Positions 1 through 11,799 of a stretch of 64,000 bases of DNA are shown here, piece by piece. Each line of letters begins with the position of its first letter. Positions within the stretch are counted from its first letter, which is position 1. The notes beneath the pieces were generated by a model. The model saw only the letters and a list, made by a program, of their open reading frames with translations, was not told the DNA's origin and ran no database searches. The stretch lies in the NCBI RefSeq assembly GCF_006345805.1, contig NC_043005.1, positions 88,784,001 to 88,848,000 on the forward strand, read 5' to 3'. The DNA comes from Octopus sinensis (taxonomy: Eukaryota). The translations under genes were made by a program, and so were the position numbers.

Positions 1-329
1 ACGATGGCTTTAACATAATTATAATAGACGTACAGCATCAATGGAGGAACTACATATAGAACAGCTTATATAAATAGCAGCAGCAGCAGCAGCAGTAAAT
101 TGGGTGAGAACTCTCACAGATTATTTCTAGCTGAAAGCTCAAAGAGACGTTGGGAAGTAGACATCCAACCACTTGTAATTTTTATTCACCATTAATCATA
201 AATGATGGTTGCAAAATTAAAACACGGGATTACTGGTTTTGAGTTGTTTAAGACTGATGCTTGGTTAATTTTACTCTTGAGATGAGTCAAAAGTTTTGCA
301 ATATTTGCATACGTGCTAGTTTGCAGTAA

Positions 330-1045
330 GTACATCACGTGACCGAAGCTGTTCAAGCTGTGGAAGGCACTTGCTGTGGTTGGTAGCATTGTGGTTGTCG
401 GTCTGCTGACGTGTTATCTCTTGCTTCAGTCTGCACGTGATTTGAAAGCCACACAATGTAGTCTAATTCAAGAACTTATGCTTTACGAGTTCAAACTGGG
501 CCATAACACCATGGAAGCACCGAAAACCATTTGCAGTGTGAAAGGTGAAGGTACAGTTGATCACAGTTTAGTAACCAGATGGGTCAAGAAATATCGTTCA
601 GGTTATAAGAACCTCAATGATCAGGCAAGGTTAGGGAGGCCTAAAACTGTGGGTTTCAAGGCCTCTGGTTCACAGAAACCAGGCTGTTCTCCAACAAGAC
701 CTCATACCACTCAAACAACCTGGAATAAATTCCAAGAATTTGAGGGAATTGAACGGATGCCACACCCAGCATAGAGTCTGGACCTAGCTTCCTCGGATTA
801 CTACTTGTTCCGATTCTTGGTTCACTTCCTGTGCTCATGACGCTTCATCAACCAAGAGGAGGTGGAAGCTTCAGTGAAAGAATTCTTCACCTCAAAGGAC
901 AAGAACTGGTATCATCGTGGGATCAAAGAACTTGTTAAAAAAAGGAGGCTTCAGACAGTGCAGCTCGATGCTCTTTGAATGCTTGACTGCTTTTTTGGTG
1001 ACTTGAAGAATAAAGCAAATAAGTTACCAAAATATTGCAAAACTT
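330..1045 (+). mobile_element. Internally deleted mariner-family transposon relic
   Basis: ORF 376-774 gives a mariner HTH N-terminus (ELMLYEFKLGHN...VTRWVKKYRSG..NLNDQARLGRPKTV). It is fused to a decayed C-terminus (PHPA*SLDLASSDYYLF...FFTSKDKNWYHRGI). Confidence 0.8.
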
Positions 1046-1084
1046 TTGACTCTATGCAATAGCATAAAGAAATATCTAAATGTG

Positions 1085-1290
1085 TGGGGAGGAGAGAGGG
1101 GGGAGAGGAGAGAGAGAAGAGAAGAGAGAAGAGAGGAGAGAGAAGAGAGAAAGAAGAGAAGAGAGAGAGAAGAGAGAAAAGAGAGGAAAGAGAAGAGAAG
1201 AGAGAAGAGAGAGGAGAGAAGAGAGAAGAGGAGAGAGAAGAGAAGGGAGGAGAGAGAAGAGAGATGAGAGAGAGGAGGAAGAGGTGAGAG
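1085..1290. repeat. Degenerate (GA)n/(GAGAA)n purine microsatellite
   Basis: Seen directly; explains the R/E-rich ORFs here. Confidence 0.95.
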
Positions 1291-2331
1291 AGTGTGTTTA
1301 TAAGTAAGTGTAAAGGGGCAGGGCAGTGCTCTGAGCCTCCTCCTAAAGTGAAAGATGATAAAGGCTAAATAAGGAGAGTAACATCATGGTGTTTAGTTTG
1401 AATTCAATGTTTATGTTAAAAGGAACCCAAAAGCTATGATATAAGTTTCCCAAGAGCAGAAGAACTGAGGAAAAAGCATTTTTTTTTCAACAGGAATTTA
1501 GGAGGTAAAGTACCAGAAAGGTGCAGAGATAAAGTCATCAACAGAATAAAATGAAGATAAAAGCTAATTCAATCGAGAAGACACAACTAACAAATGGCAG
1601 AGAGAGGATCCAACAGAAAAGGTTCTGAGTGATATTCATCAGTAACCATAAGGGACCAGTGATATCTCCATAATGTTGAACAGATAAATAGTTTTGGGGA
1701 CAAACTCATGTTAATACCTCTCTGATGCACAGACCCCCAGCTTAGCACATTATTATGTTTTAATACAGAATTATTAACTTGGATTACATTACTTGAGTGC
1801 CAATCAATAATGGAGACAATACAATGCAATATATACTCAAAAAATGCAGGCTGATTAAAGCAGAACTTATAAATCCACGTGCAAAAAGTAACATGCCACT
1901 TACGAAACAAACCAGAATGCAAATCAGAAGGCAGTCAAAAGTTGACTTTAAAAAGGACACGAGGTGGACGCACGAAATAAAGCAGAGTCACTAAACTTAG
2001 TTCAATACTTAGTCAGGACACAGAATGAAATTGGAGTAATATAACATGAACATCCAAAGACATTGTTAGTAAGAATTTAGCCAAGACCAACTAATCATTA
2101 AGCTGCACATAAACCTGACAAACATATCTAATGCCGTTAAGATCTTCATAAATCTTACAAGACTAAAACCAATAAAAACCTTATCTCACTGCAGCTTTAT
2201 AACTTGACATGACCCTAATTAAATGTGACAACATCCAATAATGAGGACCCTCATATATAACTCTGTTGTCATGAGGCTACATTGCAGATATTGTAAAGTG
2301 AAAGTTTCAATTTCTGAATGTAAATTCCGTC

Positions 2332-3196
2332 TACAAAGTGGTATCAAAAGGTTCCTGGACTAGTTATGTTTAATAAAAGAATAACTTATTTACCAAAGTT
2401 TTGACATAATCTCCTTTGAAATAGTCACCTTGCACAGCAATACACTGGTCCCAGCATTCCTGCCATTTTTGGAATCCAGCCTGGAAGTCATTTACCCTAA
2501 GTTGAGTCGAGGACCTTCTGCGATTTGCTCTGGATTTTGACAATGGTGTTAAAGCAGCAACCTTTGCACTGCATTTTCATCATGGGGAAAAGATGGAAGT
2601 CCACAGGTGCTTAATGTAATGAATAGGGCATGTGTGGAAGTGATACCATGCTGCTTTTGGTAGGAAACTCACGAGTAAGGCAAGCTCGGTGACAGGATGC
2701 ATCACTGTCATGAAGAATACAATTCTATGGGCTCCACAGATCTGGTTGCTTTCGATGAATGTCTTCCCTCAAATACTTCACAATAGTAAAACTCTCAACT
2801 GATGGTCTGGCCCTGGGGGATAAATTCTTGATGCACAATACCAAATTTCCGAAGAGTGATACTTGTGGCAGGTCTTCCACTCATCGTCTTCCAGGGATGT
2901 TCTTCAGCTTTTGAAGTGCCCTTGCTGCTCAAAACATCGCATATGACCCATTACTTCATCACCGTAAGCTTGCCGAAGCATGCTCAATGTCTCTGTAGCA
3001 GACTTAATGCAAAATTTCACTTTGGCTCTTTGTTTCAATTTCCTGTTCATGACAAAATCACAGACTACAGCAGACACATGTGATTACAAAAACACAAAGA
3101 ATCACAACTTGCAAAGTAAACACAGTGATGTTACTCATGAAGGTCACTGCTAGCTCTGCACAATCATGTCTGGGAACTTTTTGATACCAGCTCGTA
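2332..3196 (-). mobile_element. Deleted mariner element with both terminal inverted repeats (TIRs)
   Basis: Left end tacaaagtggtatcaaaaggttcctgg matches the reverse complement of the right end tgggaactttttgataccagctcgta. TA ends; decayed transposase remnants inside on the minus strand. Confidence 0.8.
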
Positions 3197-4074
3197 TTAA
3201 TCCTTTTGTCACCCTATTTCTGGTGAAATATGCTGCCTTTGTTTCAATTAATTTTGTAAAAATAGAAAATTTAGTAAAAAATAACTTTGTCCTTATTTAA
3301 AGTGGTGTTTGAAGCATAAATTATCAGGTTCTCTGAAGCTAGCAATGGCAGTCAAATCTCCCTCATATCATATCCTTTAAAGATAAACTGACATGCTTAA
3401 AAAAACAGCTGCATGGTTAAAAAGGTTGTCACTAATTCAGTTAAACTGTTAAGATTTTTGAAAAGGGCTGGTCCCTAGCTACATTTTGGCATAAAAAAAA
3501 TGAGATTTGGTCCAGTAGAAAAGGGTTTACATCAAAATTTGTAGCAATATTATTGGAGAGTAAGTAACAGCACCAATCAAGTTTAGATCGGAATAACTTT
3601 TTTATTTTAAAAGCAAAATATATTTATCTTAGCTTCAATAATAGAAGAAAGCATGAAGAATTTCATAGTTTTGGTTCCATGTAACAAAAATTTGTATCAA
3701 AAAAGTTGTGAGGTAAAATATCATGAAAAAATATAAGTAAGGCAAAAAATTGGATTTAAGTATGATTAACTTTTTAAAAAAACAAACAAACTATATTTTA
3801 ATTAAGCTTAAATGTTAGAGCTCAATTCGAGGAATTTCATGGTATCAATCTCATGCAATGATGTTTTAAAAGAATAAGGTTATGAGTGTTTGTTTCTCAA
3901 ATTTGAGGGTGACAATATAGTTCTATACTTTTTTATGGATATAGTTCTATAAGGGGACTTTTAATATCTGTCACCAGTGTCATTGAGGTAAGGAGAACAT
4001 TATCAACAACACCACTAATTGACACATTTGAGACATTATTAATTAGCATAATAGCATAGCCTGGAAAAAACATG

Positions 4075-4895
4075 GATTACATGGAAAAATACAAGCAAGA
4101 GAAATAATATTCTTAAGATTATAAACCTGGAAAATTACAGGGCAAATTATTACACTTGGAAAAGTTCAGGACAGGTTATTACATCTGGTAGAGTACAAAA
4201 CAAGAACATTTTTTACTTAAAATATTGCAGCTAAGGACAAAATTTGAATATTAAAAATTATTTGATTTTAATTTACAAAGTAACTTCATAATTAAAAAAG
4301 GTACCATCATTTTGTTAAAATATTGACACACTAGAATACTTAAAATATGAGAAACAGAAGTACCAATATAGCTAAAGTGTTATGCAAAGTAGACTAGTAT
4401 ATATGGTAGGCATATATTCATTATATAAAAGATAGGGATTGGGTCAGGACTAAAATTGTGAAGACTTGGCAATGACTTAGGGAATAACTCGAGCAAATTT
4501 CACTTGCATTTGTTGCTATAGGTAGAATTTATTGCAACATATAACTAATTTTTGTATCATTCTATTTATTGTACTAATTATGTACTACTATTATTTTTTA
4601 TAACCTATTTTCAAATTTCTGATTATTAATTAGAAGTAACAAGTAATAACAAATAGAAGTGATAACTTGTAATAAAATTTTTAGTTTTAATAAAAGCTAA
4701 TATTTTCTAAATCTAAATATTTTATTTGAAATTTTATCCTTAGCCGCAATATTTCGAGTAAAACTTTTCTTGTTCTGTACTTTACCAGATGTAAATAAGT
4801 TGTCCTGAACTTTACCAAGTGTAAAAACTTGTCCTGTAATTTTCCAAGTTTATAATCTTAAGAATTTTTCTTGCTCGCATTTTTCCATGTAATAT
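4075..4895. mobile_element. Fold-back/MITE with ~190-bp imperfect inverted arms
   Basis: About 4075-4260 (attacatggaaaaatacaagcaaga...gcagctaaggacaaaattt) is the reverse complement of about 4720-4895. Confidence 0.7.
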
Positions 4896-5387
4896 ATATA
4901 TAAGAAAAAAGTTAAAAATAATGGCCATTACATATTATTCCTTTATTGGAGCAAACTTGGCTTACAGTCGTTTCCAGTAGTTATTATATGTACATTACTG
5001 ATAGGTTTATTCAATTGGTCTATTGAGCGATTGAGGTAAATTGAACCACCTAAGAAAATTAATCCTACTTTCGTCAGAGACATTTCTGGTTATAACATTA
5101 ATCTTCATATAGTTAGCCTGATGTGCCAACAGAGAGCTTACGAAGTATTTCACCCAGATTGATAATTCCTCACTATTTGTTCTGTGTGAACATTTAAACA
5201 ATGATATATATATATAATTCCAAGAAAGTTAGAGGTTGTGAATCCAACCAACTAAGGGATAATATCTATCCAATATACTGCTGGTAGAATACCCAATTAT
5301 TAATACACAAGTGTTTTTCATTGCATTGCAATTACATTACTGAGTGTACTAAATGGGTGAAGGTAAAGGGATATTTTACCATTAATT

Positions 5388-5696
5388 TATAGAGCAATAA
5401 GAAAATGGAGGGGATCAATAGGTGGTTCATCAACTTTTAGACATTATGTCAATTTATTTATTTATTTACTAAAATGACAATTACAAGAATATACATACAT
5501 GTATATTCCTGTATGTTATATTTTAATAATTACTGGTATCTTTATATATTAATATATTTTATATGTAAAGCATAATATGTTATACATGTATGTATTTTCT
5601 TGTAATTGTCAGTTTAGTAAATAAATAAATGAATTGATATAATATAATGTCTAAAAGTTGATGAACCACCTATTGATACCTTCCATTTTCTTATTG

Positions 5697-5701
<5 letters not shown>
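5388..5701. mobile_element. Hairpin MITE-like inverted repeat
   Basis: gcaataagaaaatgga...ggtggttcatcaacttttagacattat is mirrored by ataatgtctaaaagttgatgaaccacc...ttcttattgc. Confidence 0.75.
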
Positions 5702-5776
<75 letters not shown>

Positions 5777-5901
5777 CTATATATGTGTATATATACATAT
5801 ATACATATAAGGAGAGTTTACGAAAAAAAAACAAAAGACGAAGAGAAGTGGTGTACAAAACAAACAGATGTATTAGTATAACGCTCAGGAATAGAAAAAA
5901 T

Positions 5902-5937
5902 CTTTTACGTTTCGAGCCTACACTCTTCTACAGAAAG
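5902..5937 (-). ncRNA. Hammerhead-like motif with variant core (CUGUAGA) in a dispersed repeat
   Basis: Minus strand reads CUUU-CUGUAGA-A-GAG-UGUAGG-CUC-GAAAC-GUA-AAAG; stems I and II pair by eye. Confidence 0.5.
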
Positions 5938-6285
5938 GGACACAGTAAAAAACAAGGAGAGAAACGAGAGAAAAAATGTGTGTAGTGGCTAACGATCTAT
6001 CATGGCGACTGCCGGACAGAAGGGTCACACAGGAGAGTGAAGAAGTAGGGGAGATAACAAAGTAAAGATGACCCATAACACGAAGGTGCGTGTGTGTGTA
6101 TAAGAGAGTATGTAAGTGCGTATGAAAGAGGGTTGGTGTTCTGGACGTGTGCATGTATGTATGTGTAGGTGTGAAAATGTGGGGATGGGAATTGGTCAGT
6201 GCTGGTGTGTGGGTGGTGTGTTGTGATGTGATGTGTAATGTTGTATGGTGTAGTGTGGTGTGGTGTGATGTTGTTGTGTATATAC

Positions 6286-6686
6286 ACTAGCAGTATCGCC
6301 TGGCGTTGCTCGGGCTTGTAAGGGAAATAACTATATAAGCATTTTTAGAGAGTTATAGCCAAAAAATAGCCAAAAAATGCATTAAAAATGGAAAAAAAAT
6401 GATGGTAAATTTTTTTTTAAATCGTTGACTCATCGTAGACATTTTTAGAGAGTTACTTCCCTTATATAATAGCAAAAAAATGCATTAAAATAGAAAAAAA
6501 TGATGGTAAATTTTTTTTTAAATCGTAGACTCATCGTAGATGCGTGCTAATACCCAGAAGGGCTCGATATGAATCACGACTATAAGATACCCAGTTTTGG
6601 TTAAACTGCACCGCAAAATGTGGGAGTAGTTAGGAATCTAAATCGTAGGAGACAGACACACAACTTGACTTTTATATATAAAGATA
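6286..6686 (+). mobile_element. Non-autonomous Helitron/Helentron-like element
   Basis: Starts actagcagtatcgcctggcgttgctcggg and ends ttttatatataaagat, with an internal ~115-bp duplication. End style resembles HINE elements. Confidence 0.5.
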
Positions 6687-7599
6687 TACACATTGTTTAA
6701 GGCTGACTGAATGAGAAAAGGCTGCCCAATACATGTTGTGGAGAATATGTTGTTTTTTTTATTAAAACTGAAGCCAAGAGTTTGTGTTGAGATTCTCAGC
6801 TTCAGCTGAAGATCAGTGGTGTTAAACTCACAAGACAAATTTTGAGCTTCACTTTTAATAAAACAAGACTACGTGTGTGCATATGTGTGTGCGTGTGTGT
6901 GCATATGTGCATGCGTGCATGTGCATGTGTGTGCATGCATGCATGCAAATACCAAGCATGTCTTGTATTCTTCTTGAGCAAAACACTTATTTCACATTTC
7001 TCCAGTCCACTCACCCGTAAATGGGCCACCCTGCCATGGACCAACCTTCCAGCCAGGAGGAATGGAATGTTGGTCTGCTTGTCTAGCCAGTGGGGTGGCA
7101 TCATTCAAAATCTGAAATGATGCAAAGTGCATTGTGACCAGTGATGTATAACAACATCAAATAATCTTGTCGATGATGTGATAGGAAGGGCATCCAACTA
7201 CAAAAAAACCTGCCAAAACAGACAGTGAAGCCTGGTGCTGTCTTCTGCCAAGACAGCACCTGTCAAACTGTCCAACCCATGCCTGCATGGAAAATAGACA
7301 TGAAATGATGATGATGATGACAAGGTACATGAATGTACGAGTAGGTGTATGCTTGAGTGCTTGTCTCACTTTGTCTTAACAAGTCCAGCCATGGGAAATA
7401 ACATCTTGCACGGAAAGAGGTGAAGTTGGTAACAGGAAATGCATCGAACCAAACAAATTTGATTCTAACCCATACAAGCATAGAAAAATGGGTGTTAAAA
7501 TAAAGAAGGTCATGCTGATACACTGCAGCAAACTTGCTGCATGGTAAAGAGGTTTGCTCTGCTAGCACATGGTTTTAGGGTCACTCTTACTACATGGCA

Positions 7600-7825
7600 C
7601 CTTGGGCAAGGAGCATGGCTGTATGGTAAGAAGCTTGCTTCCCAACCACATGGGCCTGGGTTCAGTCCCACTGTGTGGCACCTTGGGCACGGAGCATGGC
7701 TGTGTGGTAAGAAGCTTGCTTCCTAACCACATGGTTCTGGGTTCAGTCCCACTGTATGACACCTTGGGCAAATGTTTTCTAATATAGCTACAGGCCAACC
7801 AAAGGCTTGTGAGTGGCTTTTATAC
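7600..7825 (+). mobile_element. tRNA-derived SINE with tandemly repeated head
   Basis: Repeated ggctgt(a/g)tggtaagaagcttgct...gggttcagtccca...caccttgggca; A/B-box-like motifs. Confidence 0.8.
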
Positions 7826-7834
7826 ATTGTATAT

Positions 7835-8095
7835 ATCATCATCATCGTTTAACATCCGCTTTCCATGCTAGCATGGGTTGGATGATTTGACTGAGGGCTG
7901 GCGAACCAGATGGCTGCACCAGGCTCCAATCTTGATTTGGCAGAGTTTCTACAGCTGGATGCCCTTCCTAACACCAACCACTCCAAGGGTGTCGTGGGTG
8001 CTTTTACGTGCCAGTCAGGCAGTACTAGCAACGACCTCGCTCGAATCTTTTACACATGCCACTGGCACAGGTGCCAGTAAGGCGATGCTGGTAAC
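7835..8095. mobile_element. Short repeat related to the RTE 3' end (CATCAT-ended family)
   Basis: catcatcgtttaacatccgctttccatgctagcatgggttgg...; related copies near 7140-7320, 15825-16085, 35130-35400, 40370-40620 and 44940-45125. Confidence 0.75.
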
Positions 8096-8999
8096 TATAT
8101 ATGTTGGAAATTCTGTCTGTGGGTGTGTTTGTAGAGTTGTTAGCTAACTCCTCTTACGTCATTTTATCGATTTTGATGATACTTGATACATGAGTAGAAC
8201 TCATGTCTGGAAACCTCATGGCATACTCAGATTGTTGGAAAAAATATCGATAATAGGGCCCCTGGAAGGGATCCTTATATATATCTAATATATTTTATTT
8301 TAAAACCAAGGGAAATAATCCATTCGCCCCTGGAAGGGATCCCTATATATATATATAGCCAAGGGAAATAACCCATACATTTTCCTAAATTATTTGGTAA
8401 AAAGGATTTCTTGTTATTCGAACTGCTAGAGTTATTTTCTAAATTTATCTAGTAAAACCCTTAAGCAAGTAAATAGTATTTTCCTGAACAATAGATCCAC
8501 TTATTTCGGTTAGTGACTTATTCATGAAGATACCAACACTAGCGCCCCTGGGGGGAATATTCTCTGGGAACACACAAAAGCCCTTTTCAGAGATATTTAC
8601 TTTGAATTGTTATTATCTTGTATCTGATTAGTCATTTATTACATAACATGCTTCATGATTTTAGTATACATACCTTATTGGTATTTCCTCTTATGTTCTA
8701 TATACTCTGGGAACGCATTAAAGCCCTTTTCAGGGCTACTTTATTTGAATTCTTACTATTGGGTGACTAATTTCATGTTATTATATAACTGACTTCACAA
8801 TTTGGGTATTCATAACTTATTGGGAATTCCTAAAAGCAAGATCCTGTGTAAGACAGTTCAGTATTCTCTGTAAATGCACAAAAACTGTTTTAAGGGTACA
8901 TACTTTTACATTGTTGTTATTGGATTAGCAAAACAATTATGAGAACAGAATGAAGGGATAAGCCCTGCTTTCCTAGGAATTACCGGGTACATCAGCTAG

Positions 9000-9032
<33 letters not shown>

Positions 9033-9050
9033 ATAGAATGGATTTTTCTT

Positions 9051-9362
9051 ACTATAACATGGCTGTTCTATAAAGAGCTATGTTCCTACATTTTAACCCC
9101 AGGAAAACATCTTTTCCAGCTGCTGGACAACCTGTGTCCAATATATTGTAAGGGAGCAAATTATTCCCCTCTAGCTTGGCAAGACCAGTAGACTATGATT
9201 TTTGGGTCTTTACCCTTCAGCGATACTGGATACTTGCCTGCTAGAGAAAGCAGTCAATTGTTCCTACTCGCAATATATAAACAGAGAAGTGGCAGAAAGC
9301 TGCTGATCTCATGAAGAGCAAATGTAATAACATAGTTCTTTATAGAAAAGCCATGTTATAGT
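9051..9362. mobile_element. MITE with ~30-bp TIRs
   Basis: actataacatggctgttctataaagagctatg versus catagttctttatagaaaagccatgttatagt. Confidence 0.7.
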
Positions 9363-10196
9363 GGCAAAAAAAACAGAACGTTACCGTCTAATATTGTTAC
9401 TACTTATATCTCATTTAGGGATTCTAGAAATAGCTATTATTGATAGTAACTCCAAAGTTTAAGTTTTGGCCAGTTAAGCCATTGTCAGACTAAACATAAA
9501 AACAAACATTAACACATGTATATAAATGTGTGTGTGTGTTTCTCATTGCTTAGTACCTGTGTTGGTTTGTCTACTTCTCTACAAACAAGCAGTTTGACAA
9601 ATGGAGACTGACAGAATAGGTAGCAGCTTAAAAGGAGCACTGAGACCAATTCGATCAACTCCATCCTTAAGGACAGCACCCTACCATGGCTGTGTTCTGG
9701 TGGTCTGTTACACTGGAGTTTCCACGAAGCGGTGAGGCTTCTCTCTCTCTCTCTCTAGTTTGATGTGTCTGAAGAAGAAGCAGCATAACATGGAATCTCC
9801 AATGCAACAGGCCACTGAACCAGCCGAAATAAACTGCAGCATTCTACGTTTATACTGAGTACTTCTTATTTCAATTATTACTTAACAAACACACACATTA
9901 TAGACAGACAGGTAGATAGAAAGATAGATAGATAGATAGATAAACAGACAGACAGGTAGATAGATAAGAAGACAGACAGGTAGATAGATATTAAAAGAAA
10001 GGCTGTTTAATATGTTAAATTTACTGTGCAAATTTGAGTCACTACAAGTCACTACCACTTTCAACCAGTATATATGTCTCATTCAAAATAGAATATCAAC
10101 ATACATTTGATAACTGGAACGTGTAGACATGCTTCGCGAGAACACGGCTTGCATTAAAATTCCGTACGCATGCATCCATCCATACATCCATCCATC

Positions 10197-10254
<58 letters not shown>

Positions 10255-10256
<2 letters not shown>

Positions 10257-10650
10257 TGCAGGAGTGGCTGTGTGGTAAGTAGCTTGCTTACGAACTACAT
10301 GGTTCCGGGTTCAGTCCCACTGCGTGGCACCTTGGGCAAGTGTCTTCTACTAAGGCTCGGGCCGACCAAAGCCTTGTGAGTGGATTTGGTAGACGGAAAC
10401 TGAAAGAAGCCTGTCGAATATATATATATATGTGTGTATGTGTTTGTGTGTCTGTGTTTGTCCCCCCAACATCGCTTGACAACCGATGCTAGTGTGTTTA
10501 CGTCCCCGTCACTTTGCGGTTCGGCAAAAGAGACCGATAGAATAAGTACTAGGCTTGCAAAGAATAAGTCCAAGGGTCGATTTGCTCGACTAAAAAGGTG
10601 GTGCTCCAGCATGGCCACAGTCAAATGAATGAAACAAGTAAAAGGGAGTA
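10255..10650 (+). mobile_element. Bipartite tRNA-derived SINE (near full length)
   Basis: Head ggtgcaggagtggctgtgtggtaag...gggttcagtccc, central TA/TG spacer, tail ...gtgctccagcatggccacagtcaaatg. Other whole or partial copies near 13830-14335 (-), 25670-26255, 26720-27180, 52030-52265, 52690-52780 (-), 54055-54650 and 60950-61075 (-). Confidence 0.85.
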
Positions 10651-11269
10651 AGAGGGATACGAAAGTGTAAACAAAAGAGTTTGGATTGAACAAACATGCT
10701 TTATTGCATACAACTACAACTGTTTCGTCTCCGATTTTCGTGATGAAACCGCACCCGGTAGCCGATACCCGTAGACGGGCTTTACACAGCAAACTGCAAG
10801 GTTCATACGCAAACTGAATTGCTATATGCAAGCACACACACACACACACAGAGTCTTCTTTAAATGAAATTTTACTCCGAAATATCGGTTGAATCAAGGC
10901 TACGGTGGAATACATGCTGAAGATACCAGATAGACAGTGAAAATGAACCCAGTAGCACCTGCTGCAAAGTTAACCTCTTAACCACCCAGCTATGCCAATG
11001 CATGCATGCATATACCCATGCATTACGTACATACATACATACATACATACATACATACATACATACATACATACATGTATATATATTGATAGTAATGGTA
11101 TGACAACAAAAGAATGAATGAGACCTCGATATTATGTAAATAGAGGAATTTATCTGTAATATAATATGACAACTATTCGGTTGCCGAAACTCGGAGTTTT
11201 ATTATGGCAATCGAATAATTGTCACATATTATATTACATATATGTGTGTGTGTGTGTTTATGCAAATTA

Positions 11270-11383
11270 TATATTATGAACACACACACACACGCACACA
11301 TATATGTATGTATATGCATGTGTTTAATAAATACGTAAGTACATACATACACACACACACACATATATATACACACACACACA

Positions 11384-11455
<72 letters not shown>

Positions 11456-11604
11456 CACACACACATACATATATATATATACACACACACATACATACAT
11501 ATATATACACACACACATACATACATATATATACACACATACATACATATATATACATACACACATACATATATATACACACACACATACATATATATAC
11601 ACAC

Positions 11605-11681
<77 letters not shown>

Positions 11682-11750
11682 CGCACACACACAGAGTGAT
11701 ATAGAAAGATGTAACATGTGCTAATGTGTGTGTGTGTGTGTGTGTGTGTA
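11270..11750. repeat. Compound (CA)n/(TA)n microsatellite array
   Basis: Seen directly. Confidence 0.95.
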
Positions 11751-11799
11751 CAGACCCGTCTGCATTCATCAGTCAGACAAGATTAGTTTAGTCTTCCAA

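Noticed and set aside
1400-2100. ORFs 1587-1922 (-) and 1797-1994 (+)
   Set aside because: No recognisable motif or consistent splice structure; possibly decayed TE.
10255-10330. tRNA-like heads with A/B boxes (also near 7600, 26720, 54055 and 61501)
   Set aside because: They continue into SINE bodies and lack a full cloverleaf; not called tRNA genes.
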